Origin: Caecitellus pseudoparvulus
Taxonomy: Eukaryota; Protista; Bigyra: Bicosoecida
Reading direction: 5' to 3'
Assembly: GCA_965644315.1 (NCBI GenBank)
Contig: CBFFRQ010000092.1
Coordinates: 1 to 64,000, forward strand
Length of the DNA: 64,000 nucleotides
Notes under the pieces: model-generated
What the model was told of the DNA's origin: nothing
Seen by the model: only the letters and a program-made list of their open reading frames with translations
Database searches by the model: none
Part shown: in pieces, positions 11,528 to 21,532 of the stretch
Layout: each line of letters opens with the position of its first letter
Position numbering within the stretch: the first letter of the stretch is position 1
Program-made: the position numbers and the translations under genes

Positions 11528-13987
11528 ATGGAGGACGCCGAGGTAGAGGAAGCGCTCCGCATCGCGAAGATTGCTCGGAGGGCAGAGCGGCGGGCTGAGG
11601 AACGTGCCAAAGCCAGAGCGAAAGTCCGCAAGCGCAGTGCAGTGGGCACGGCTGCCACCTCGGCGAGCGGCGGCATCACCTTCATGACCAAGGCCCAGCG
11701 TGAGGCAGCAGCTCTGGAGCGTCTGAAGGCAGAGCGCAGCCAGACCACTCTGCGTCCTCAGGCTGTCATGCCCGCACCTGCACCTGCGACTGCGCCTGCT
11801 GGTGTGGGCGGCGGGCGCGAGGCTGGCGAGGTGGTGCCACAGCGTGAGCGCCACCAGCCAGCGCGAGAGGCACCCGACGACCGTGACAGGAGGTGGTCAG
11901 AGCGCCGTGGTGGGCGTGACGGCTCTTGGCGGCGGGGCGCTGATGAGCATTGGCGCTCCGAGCGCGGGCGTGGCGACCACCCTCCCCCCTCCCGAGGCGA
12001 CCGCTACGAGCCCAGTGGTGGGCGCTACGACCGGCACAGCGGCGGGGACAGGAGGGGTGGCCGGGATGATACGTGGGATCGGCGGGAGCAGGGGCGGGCG
12101 CGGTCCCCACCCCCCACTCGCGCACCCCCCCCCGCCCAGGCGCCAGCCCCCCCCTCCGGACCTGGCGACATGTTCACCACGGCGCGGTCGCGGGAGGAGG
12201 AGCTGGAGGCGCTGAAGGCCCAGTACCTGGGGCAGAGGGGCGGCAGCCGCAAGCCTGCGCGCAAGAAGGAGAAGGCGAAGCGTGGCTTCCGGGCCGACTG
12301 GAACGCAGCAGACGACACGGCGGACACGACGAACCCCCTGTACACGGCACGCATGGCGCCCAGCCTCATGTTCGGGCGAGGCACTGTGGCGGGGGCGGAC
12401 GAGGAGGAACAGTTCTCCAAGAACACCTTCCTCTCCACCGTCCTGCAGCGGCGCATGGCGGAGTCACAGGCGCTAATGGCGGAGTCACAGGCTGCCCGGC
12501 AGGCAGGCGAGCAGGCGTCCCAAGCCACAGCGGCTGCCGTGGCCGCCGCCGCTGCAGAGTCGAGGCAGGATGACGCCCTGGAGCGCAGCCACTGGAGCGA
12601 GAAGCCGCTGAGCAGCATGACCAGCCGCGACTGGCGCATCATGCGAGAGGACTTTGACATCCGGGTGAAGGGCGGCAAAGCGCTGTTCCCCCTGCGCACC
12701 TGGGAGGAGGGGCACCTGGACCCCGCCGTCATGCAGGCGGTGCGGGAGATGGGGTACGCGGAGCCCTCTGCCATCCAGCGCCAGGCCATCCCGTACGGCC
12801 TGCAGTTCCGGGACCTCATCGGCGTGGCGGAGACGGGGTCCGGCAAGACCGCCGCCTTCATCATCCCCATGCTGCACTACATCATGTCCCTGCCACGGGC
12901 CGCCCGGGACCGCACGCCGACGCACGGACCCCACTGCCTGGTCATGGCGCCCACACGCGAGCTGGCGCAGCAGATCGAGAAAGAGGCCATCAAGCTGGCG
13001 CGTTTCACGGACCTGCGCAGCGTGTCCGTGGTGGGCGGCCTGAACATCGAGGAGCAGGGGCTGAAGATCCGGCAGGGCGCAGACCTGGTCATCGGCACGC
13101 CCGGCCGCCTGATCGACACGGTGGAGCACTCGTTCCTCATGCTGGCGCAGTGCAAGTACATTGTGCTGGACGAGGCCGACCGCATGATCGACCTGGGCTT
13201 CGAGCCGCAGGTCAAGGCCATCCTGGGCGCCATGCAGAGCCAGGCGGCAGGCACAGCAGAGGTGCCTGGTGCGGCGTCCCTCTCCGACGCCGTGACGGGG
13301 GGCGCAGCGCGGCATGAGGAGGGGGCGCCACGGGGGCACAAGGATGAGGGGCGCGTCACCATCATGTTCAGCGCCACCATGCCGCCGGAGGTGCTGTCCA
13401 TCGCCAAGCAGTACATGCGCAGCCCCATCACGGTGGAGATCGGCGACCAGCAGTCGGGCAAGAACAAGCGCATCAAGCAGCGCGTCATCTACACGACAGA
13501 GGGCGGCAAGGCCCGTCAGCTGACCACCCTGCTGCCTCGCATCCGCAAACCCGCCATCGTCTTCGTCAACGCCAAGGCGCAGACAGAGAGCGTCGCTCGC
13601 ATCTGCGACAGCGCTGGCTTCCCAGCCGTTGTCCTCACAGGCGCCAAGACGCAAGAGCAGCGAGAGGGGGCACTGGACGCCTTCCGGCGCGGCGAGGTGC
13701 CCATCCTGGTGGCCACGGGCGTGGCAGAGCGTGGGCTGGACATTCCCGACGTCGCGCACGTCGTCAACTACGACCTGCCCTCCGAGATCGACCGGTACAA
13801 CCACCGCATCGGGCGCACGGGGCGCGCCGGCAAGTCTGGCGAAGCCACCTCCTTCTTCACAGACGGGGACGGCAAGGTGCTGTGGGACCTGCGGCAGTAC
13901 CTGCGTGCCACAGGCAACGAAGTGCCCAAGGAGCTGGACCGGCACTCGGCGGCGCAGGACCCGCTGGACGGCGCCATCTTCAAGTAG
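11528..13987 (+). CDS. DDX23: DEAD-box RNA helicase PRP28/DDX23
   Basis: HWSEKPL..MTSRDWRIMREDFDI signature, AETGSGKT, PTRELA, DEAD, SAT and HRIGRTGR motifs; intronless. Confidence 0.95.
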   Translation: MEDAEVEEALRIAKIARRAERRAEERAKARAKVRKRSAVGTAATSASGGITFMTKAQREAAALERLKAERSQTTLRPQAVMPAPAPATAPAGVGGGREAGEVVPQRERHQPAREAPDDRDRRWSERRGGRDGSWRRGADEHWRSERGRGDHPPPSRGDRYEPSGGRYDRHSGGDRRGGRDDTWDRREQGRARSPPPTRAPPPAQAPAPPSGPGDMFTTARSREEELEALKAQYLGQRGGSRKPARKKEKAKRGFRADWNAADDTADTTNPLYTARMAPSLMFGRGTVAGADEEEQFSKNTFLSTVLQRRMAESQALMAESQAARQAGEQASQATAAAVAAAAAESRQDDALERSHWSEKPLSSMTSRDWRIMREDFDIRVKGGKALFPLRTWEEGHLDPAVMQAVREMGYAEPSAIQRQAIPYGLQFRDLIGVAETGSGKTAAFIIPMLHYIMSLPRAARDRTPTHGPHCLVMAPTRELAQQIEKEAIKLARFTDLRSVSVVGGLNIEEQGLKIRQGADLVIGTPGRLIDTVEHSFLMLAQCKYIVLDEADRMIDLGFEPQVKAILGAMQSQAAGTAEVPGAASLSDAVTGGAARHEEGAPRGHKDEGRVTIMFSATMPPEVLSIAKQYMRSPITVEIGDQQSGKNKRIKQRVIYTTEGGKARQLTTLLPRIRKPAIVFVNAKAQTESVARICDSAGFPAVVLTGAKTQEQREGALDAFRRGEVPILVATGVAERGLDIPDVAHVVNYDLPSEIDRYNHRIGRTGRAGKSGEATSFFTDGDGKVLWDLRQYLRATGNEVPKELDRHSAAQDPLDGAIFK

Positions 13988-14005
13988 CTCTGGGTGTTGG
14001 CGGGG

Positions 14006-16324
14006 TCATCGCTGGCCACGCCGCCGCACTCCCTTGTCACGCGCCAAGCGGCCACCCCCTGCAGTCCACATGCCCTCTGCGGCAGAGGCTGGTGCTGGGT
14101 GAGGCGCCGTGGAGCTCCCTGCGTGGGGTGATCGAGCGCTTGTGGGGGCTGGTGCGGAGGCGTGTGCGGCGGCCTGGTCGCTGATGTCAGCTGCTTTCAG
14201 GGGGGGCAAGTCAAGCCGCACACGCAAGTCATTCAGCTGGTCCAGCAAGAATGTACGCTCCAAACACTCCCGGTGCACAATGCCTTCCAAATGCTCCACA
14301 CGACTGCTCTGCTCCCTGGCTTGTGTCTGCGCCTTGATCAGCTGCTCCTGAACGTCGGCACTGGCGGCATTTGAAGCCAGCAGCTCCTTCGCCTGAGCTG
14401 CTGCCGCGTCTGCCCGCGCACGCTCCGACGTCACCTGCGCCCGGAGCTCGGCCATTTCCAGCACTGCGTGATTCTGTGAAGCAATAGGTATGTGTATCGT
14501 GCTACATGGCCCCCCTGCGCGTGCGCTGAAGTGTGTCGCGTACCCGTTCTTCTGCCACTTGCTGCGTTTCTGCGCGCGCCGCAGCCAGCTGAGCCTCCAG
14601 CTCAGCTGCCGCCCCGCTCTCAGCAGCATCCACTGCTGACGTCATTTCCCGTGTCATCACACTCAGCTGTTGCTGCATGATGGATGCAGATGCCTGCGCA
14701 GCTGCTGCGGCGCGGTCTGCGTCCTCTGCACGTTGGCGGGCGGCGCTGCACTGCTGCTGAGACTCCGCCAGCTGGCCTGCAAGGGACTCGACGCGGGCTT
14801 GCAGCGCTTCCGCGGCAGACTTCTGAGAGGCAGCGTCGGTGGAATTCTGCGACGCGGCGGCTTTTGCAGCAGCCAGCGCACTTTCGGCAGCTTGCGCCCG
14901 CGCCTCCACGTCAGCAACCTTGCTCTGCCAAGCCGTGCGAATAGCCACGACGGCATCGTCTTGCTCCGTCTGTGCTCGTGCAGCGGCCTTCTGCACCTCA
15001 GCCTTGTGCCGTGTATGGGCCGAGGTCAGGCGAGCCTGCAAGTCAGCGACTTGGGCGCCGAGCGCCTCTGCCCGTTGCAGCGCAGCATCCCGCTCACTGG
15101 CCGCCTCTGCAGCTGCCTTTGCCGCGCCCTCTTGCGTCTGTGCTGCCTCGGCTGCCTGCCGTTTCTGTGCCTGCAGCTCGGTTGCGTGTTGCTCCCGCAG
15201 CTTCTGCAGCCCCGTCTGCCACTGAGCCTGTGCATCTGCAAGGCGCCGCTCAAGGCTAGAGGCCTCAGCTGCACGGGCCGCAGCCATATCTGCCAGTTGT
15301 TTTCGCAAGCTTTCAGCGTCTGCACGGTGTTTCTGCAGCTCCGCGGTGATTTCCTGCGCGTGTGTGCGGAGCAGGGGCAGTGACATGCCGCCAGCACGCT
15401 GCCTGCAGCACAGGCAAGCGCCCCACACGTACCTCTTGCCTAACTGATGTTGCATCGGCCTTGCGCTGGAACTCATCCACGCGTTGTGCCAGCGCTTCTG
15501 CGCGGCGGGCCTGGGGGCGCAGGCGCTCCACCTCAGCCTCAGCAGCCGCCCTGGCCTGCTCAGCTTCCGAGCACTCCTTCGCGATGCGAGCTGCCGTGTG
15601 CTCCACCACCCTTGAACCGGCTCGTTGGACGGACGCGGAGGCCTGTGTGAGGAAGTCGCTGAACGCAGCAAAGTCAGCCTGCGTACTGTCTCGCAGTGCC
15701 TGCCGCGTGGGGCCCCAAGCCGTCGCGAAGGACTGCACCGTCTCGGCGCACTGCTGCACCATACTGGCACGCTCATGTGCCTCGTCCACCGCATCTTGCA
15801 GCTGCGCCACTTCCTGCCCCAGCCGCTGAGCCTCGCCAGCCTCGCGGCGGAGTGACAGCAGCTGGCCGGCCTGGCTTTCCAGCTGTTGCTCCAGGTCTTG
15901 AATGCGACTGATCTTGTCCTTCCACGACTCCATCTTTGCCTCTGCATCCAGCATCCGCGCCTCCATTTCCTGCGAAGCGAAGGGGCACCGTGGGCTGTGT
16001 TGTGGCGGCGTTTCGCACTGCGTAACGCCAGAAACGCCCGCTCCTCACCTTCATCTCCGAGTACACCAAGAAGGACACCCCACACACGTCACAGACTGTA
16101 TCACCCTTTTCCGCATCTTGGAGCTCCTGGGGGAGCTCGGAGCGGCCAGGGCCTCCTCGCAGCTGCTCAGAGGCTGTGATGGTGCGTCTCTGGCGCTGCT
16201 GCCCAGAGGAAGAAGACCCACTCGCACCATCGTCCGCCTCCTCGTCACCCACAAACTCAGCAGCCTCCGCTAGCACTGCGTCTAGGTCATCCATCGCACT
16301 GACAGCGTGCCTGGTGGCCGCCAT
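14006..16324 (-). CDS. LEKR1-like coiled-coil protein (multi-exon)
   Basis: LPQELQ..VCDVCGVSFLVYSEMK N-terminal motif and LEGIVHRECLER C-terminal motif as in LEKR1; ORF pieces joined by GT-AG introns. Confidence 0.7.
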
Positions 16325-16786
16325 GGTGCAGGGGCAGCACCTTCCCACCGCGCACAGCTCGCTCAATGAATCCTTCGCCTCTTGCCCGAAGTGAGCTTTG
16401 GAGTCCTTGGCAGCGAGCACCAGCCTGTGCGTGGGATGCCACGGAGGCAACTGGAAGCACACGCCCGCCTTGGACTCAGTGCTGGCATGCGTAGTTTGGC
16501 GCAGGCATCTCATGCGTGTCCGGCGCCGCTCGTTTGGGTGAATGGTTCAAGGGGGCATTCGGCCCCTCCCATCCAGACACCCAGATGACCTGGACGAGGC
16601 CTTCGGCCAGTTCTTGCCCCCCCCTCAAGGGCCTCAATAAGTGACATCTTTTGGTCCATCACAGCGCATTGTAGGGGAAGAACTATCTAGTTGAGTCAAA
16701 GCACAGAGGATCAACGTGTATTCGGGAGGATTCCTGGAGCGGGGGTCTCCCACACGGCGCCCATCCTCATTTAAAGACAACACGAC

Positions 16787-18400
16787 ATGTTAGAGGGGGG
16801 TGATGGATCAGCTGTGGTTCTTGTACGTGAGGGTATGCAGGAGGCGCAGGCGAGTGACGCGGCCTCGGCAGCCATGCGACACGCCCAGCACTTGGAGGAA
16901 GACCCCGCAGCGGCGGATGGTGGTGATGGTGATGGGAGTGACGTGGAGGATGCCGCGGCGACAGAGGGGAGCAGTCTGGCGTTGATGGGTGCGGCAAGTG
17001 GATCGGGACAGACCAGTGCGCCTGACACTGCACGTGCCGTGCCGAGTGGAGTGGCGAGTGGCGGGTGGGAGATGGAGGGCTAGAACAGGGATGTCAGTGT
17101 TGGTGGGGATGTGAACAGGTGGGGGCGCGTGGTGACGCTTGCCGTGGCTGCGCGGCGTGCGACTCAGGCACAGGCCCGCAAGGCTGCCGCAGCCCTGCCG
17201 TGGGACACGGCGTACTACGCCTGCACCCTCCTGCAGCGCCTGTGGAAGGCACATCCCCGTGTGCTGAGTGAGTCAGCGGCCGGTGACAGTGGCAGTGGTA
17301 GTGCGCCTGCCAGCGGCACGAAGCGGCGGCGCAAGGCAGGGAAGGCGCAAGAGTCAGACGCCACCACCACTGCTGCCACGCTGCACAGTGCACTGTGGAC
17401 GTCTCCACATGCCCTGACCGATATCATGGTGTTTCCCACACGTGGAAGCCGGCGGCAGCGGCCAGGTGGCCGGGCGCCGTCCTGAACACCGTGGCAGTGG
17501 CGAGCGTGGGGAGCTGCCCCCCACCGCCTGGCGTGGCGGCGTGGCTGGCTGGGGATGAGCGCCTGTTCGCCCTGGCCCGGGCAGTCTGTTTGCAGCTGGC
17601 GGACGGGACGCTGAGCAGGGAGCAGGGCGCGGCTTTGGCGCGGGTGCTGATGTTAACGGCGGTGGGGCTGTCCGCCACGACGCCGCCCAGCTCCCGCAAA
17701 ACCATCCCGCCCCACCTCGCCGAGCGCACTGCTCGCTTGGCCGGCAAGTCCACCCTGCTCGTGGGTGGTGTGGAGGTGGTGGGCGGCAAGGCGGTGCAGC
17801 GGCACAGCCCGCAGCCTTCCACACACACCGCCCACGACGACGGAGGTGCGCGGGTCCCGCTGTTCTGGCTGCTGCAGCGCCTCAGCAACACGGCAGTGCA
17901 GCAGGGTGGGCCAGCGGCCACCACGGCGCTGAACGTGTTCGGGGCCATGGCTGGGCACTTGCCTCAGGCAGACCTGCAGCGCTACGTGGTGCCGGTGGCG
18001 CGGGCAGTGTTCCGCACTGTGCAGGCGGCAGAGCACGTGGCCAGTGACCCCGCCTGGCCGACGCGCCATCCTGGTCAGAGCAAGGCCAGCAGGCAGCCGC
18101 TGCAGCAGAGGCAGGCGCATTGGCGTCGGAGGTCATGGAGGCTGTGCAGGGTGCCATGGGTGCAAATGTGTTCCTGACGGCTTACGACGGCGAGCGGCGG
18201 GCCAGGGCAGCAGCGAAGGAGCGGCGGGCGAAGCAGATGGCGCAGGAGGCGGTGGTGATGCCTGCAGAAACTGCAGGGTGTCGGAGGGGGAGGGCGCAGG
18301 CGAAGAAGCGGCACGTGGCGAAGCGCACGAACAAGGTGGAGGTGGGGCGAGGCGGTGGTGGGAAGGGCAGGGAGCAGGGGAGGGAGGAGTATGAGGCGTT
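16787..18400 (+). pseudogene. UTP20: Decayed 3' fragment of UTP20 (U3 snoRNP protein 20)
   Basis: WDTAYYACTLLQRL, PLFWLLQRLS and LASEVMEAVQGAMGANVFLTAYDGERRARAAAKERRAKQMAQEAV resemble the UTP20 C-terminus; frameshifts near 17435 and 18050; no upstream body of the gene. Confidence 0.7.
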
Positions 18401-18607
18401 GGTGTGTGGTGTTCGGAGAGAAGAGCAATGCAGGTTTGGGAGCGAGGGGTGTGTGGGGATGGAAGGTATGGTGAGGTACTTTGTCGGGTGTGCAAGGTAG
18501 TGGTATGGTGTGACGTGTGCTTGTGCGGAGGTGTGTCGGGTGTGCTGGCCTGAGGAGGGTGCCAGGTTTGCCGCATGGTGCATTGGCCTGTGCGTGGTGC
18601 ATGGGGA

Positions 18608-21061
18608 TCAAATCAAGTCTTTCAAGCTCTCAAACTTGGTTGCTTGCTGCCGCACGCTTTCTGGGATCCTGCGATGCCCAGTGAGGCTCAGCAGGTCACG
18701 CAGGATGCCTGTGCGGCCATACCGGCATGCCTCTCGGAAGGCGGCCTCAGGCCCACCCTCATCCGCCGCGTGCACATCCACTGCCCGCGCCCCAGTCAAT
18801 GCCAGCAGCTCACGCACGACGTCTGTGTAGCCATTGTGGCATGCGCCTCGGAATGCGGCCTCAGGTCCATCCCCATCCGCCGCATGCACATCCACTTCCC
18901 GAGCACCAGCGAGGCCTAACAGCTCACGCACGACGTCTGTGTGGCCCCAGCGGCTTGCCCCTCGGAAGCCAGCCTCAGGTCCATCCCCATCCGCCGCGTG
19001 CACATCCACCTCCCGCGCCCCAGTCAAGGCCAACAGCTCGCGCACGACATCTGTGTGGCCCTTCGCGCATGCCGCTCGGAAGGCGGCCTCAGGGCCCTGT
19101 CTGTGAAACCCACGCACCACCTCAACTTTTCCTTCCACGTGCACATCCACTGCCTCATCTCCCGTCATCGCAAGCAGCTCACGTACTCTCTCAACTTTGC
19201 CTTGCTTGCACGCTTCCACAAACGCAGCAGTGTTCTCCCCACTATATCTCACCAGCTCAGAGGCTGGATCAGACTGTCCAGCTGATGCCGTAGCTTCAGC
19301 TGCTTGCGACTTACCTGCCGCACCAGCTGCCTGCTCTCGATCAAGCATACCCCGCACCGCACTCTCCACATCTGACAGACACCCCACCTCTCCCCCACTT
19401 CCTTCATGCGCCATCGCGTATGCACCCATGCAGCAACCGCTCCCTCCCCGCGCCAACACCTCCAACGCGCTCGACAGTGCATGCTCACCACCTTCACCGC
19501 TCCTCACGAAGCTTGGCACAACGCCCGATCCGTCACCCATCGCACCACCGTCCACACCAAGCACCTCACGCAACACACCCAACACACCATCATCTTCACC
19601 CCTGCCACCATCAGTGCGACCTGTGCCCCACACACCGCCGCTCGCACTCAACACCACCTCACACCCACCCCCATCCAGTGCACCCACCAGATCACCCACA
19701 CTGTCACTCCCCACACCCACCACCACAAAGCTCCCCACACCCACACCATTCACATCCACCCCACATGCCTCCGCCACAGCACACACACCCAGCACCCTCA
19801 CAGCCACGCGCTGCTTCACATCCAGCCCAACATCGCCCCACGCTTCATCCTCCAGGAACACCCTCAACGGCCAACCCGCCTCACACTGCACCTGCACTGT
19901 GACACTGCTCCTCTCGCCAACCGGCTCATCAGCTCGGCCAGCTGAAGTACTGTGTGCTAGTGCTGATCTGCGTGGAGTCTGCACCAACCGCGGCAGTCCA
20001 TGGGCGATGCGAGCCGCTTCGACACGCTTCATGGCGCCAACACTCATGACAAGGGCCGTCGCACCTGCCTCCACACTCCCTGCCCACTGCTCCACATCCC
20101 CAGCTCCACCCACATCCTCATCCACGATCTCAAACCTCCCACTGTACACGCTCACACCCTTGCCGTTCAGGCACTCCAAGCCGCCCGACAAGTCCAGCCC
20201 ACACACAGCCTTCAACTTCCGACCACTCATCACCGTCCCACACCCCAACAGCTCCCGTAGCTCCTCCACAGCACTCGCAGCACACTCCAAGTGCTCCGCA
20301 GCACCCTCACTCCTCAGATCGCCTGCCGCCTCGCCTCGCAGCCACTCAGCCTGCTGACGCATGCCAGCCAGGGCCGCATCTGTCGCCGCCTCGCCACCGG
20401 CATCATGTGTGACAGGCCCACCCTCACCAGCCACATCCATATCCGCCCCCGTGAAACCTTGCCACCATCGCGTCAGGTCAGCCAGCGCACCCTCCACATT
20501 CACACCGGCCCGAACACTGCCCCAAGCACCCACGATGGCGCCCCACAGCGCGTCACCCTCCGGTACTGCATCGACACTCACACCAGACGCCGCCTGATGC
20601 AACACATCCACCGCGCAGAAGCACCGGAAGGACAGGTATTGCAGCGCAGCACACACACCACCTCGCTCACGCTGCCCCGCCAACAGCCCAGCCTGCTCCA
20701 ACAGCGCACTCCCCGCATCACGCAGTGCAGCCTCCAGCTCCACCAGGCTCATGGCCGATGGGGCGTCGCCTGCAGCAGGCACTTCGCCACGCCCAATGGC
20801 TGCCAGTCCTCGCAGTGCTGGGCCGTGGTCCATGACGCTGCCCGGCAGGCACTTCATCTTGCGCAAGCATGCCGCCACCGCCTCAGCCTGCGTGTCATCA
20901 ACGCCTGCAGTGGCTGTTGCAGGGCCCCCCATGGCTTGGTCTTTTGCTGCTGCCTGTGGTGTTGGTGAGGGGCAGGGCGCTGTGTGCTATGGTTTGTGCG
21001 CGACACGCTCTGGCGCAAGTACTGGCGATAGTGAGGCGCCATGCTCACACCCACGCACCAT
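18608..21061 (-). CDS. Large ankyrin-repeat protein (unknown N-terminal region + about 4 38-aa repeats), copy A
   Basis: 774-aa ORF 18608-20932; probable ATG-only exon at 21061 followed by a 105-nt intron (20954-21058, contains in-frame TAG); paralogue of 54833-57259. Confidence 0.85.
18690..19190 (-). repeat. 114-bp coding tandem array (38-aa ankyrin-like units)
   Basis: Unit RELLALTGAREVDVHAADxxGPEAAFRxACxxGHTDVV; the first unit carries an insertion. Confidence 0.9.
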
Positions 21062-21532
21062 GGCGACAGATGGCAAGGGGTCTGGTCAGGCGTAGCTGTG
21101 CTGTGTAGCTGGCTCCTGCGGAGTGGAAGCAGTGGGCAGGTGCTTTGGTGTGGCGGGGTGGCGCTGTCGCACTTGACGTGTGAGGGTGCAAGTTCCGCAC
21201 TTGCACTGGTGCATGCTCACCTGTGGCGGCCAGGGCTGGAGACAAGGCGCCAAGCACACTGATGTGCTAATGCTAGTGAAGTTCCAGGTGTGTATGGAAA
21301 ATGGTTGAGACGCAGATTGGTGTCCGGCACTACAAGTGTGCCCCGCTTCGCTCGATCGGATGTCTGGCATCTGAGCAAGACGAGCGCTGAAATAGCTTCT
21401 TGGACACTTGAGATCCCTGTTGTGGCATCAGTATGCATTTGAAGTCACATGTTCGGCTGCCAGCTGTGCGCCGCGGCAAGAAACGGGGCCAACGAACTGG
21501 AGCGCTGCTCACGGCCAGGCCACAGCGTGGGA

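Larger units (their letters stand above)
17370..21490. repeat. Left copy of an approximately 4.1 kb inverted segmental duplication
   Basis: Colinear with the reverse complement of 54428-58463 through the UTP20 fragment, ankyrin gene and upstream non-coding region. Confidence 0.9.

Noticed and set aside
19197-20357. Pro/Ser/Thr-rich antisense ORFs over the ankyrin genes (also 55534-56463) and many other long shadow ORFs
   Set aside because: By-products of high GC and strand skew opposite recognisable genes; no independent motifs
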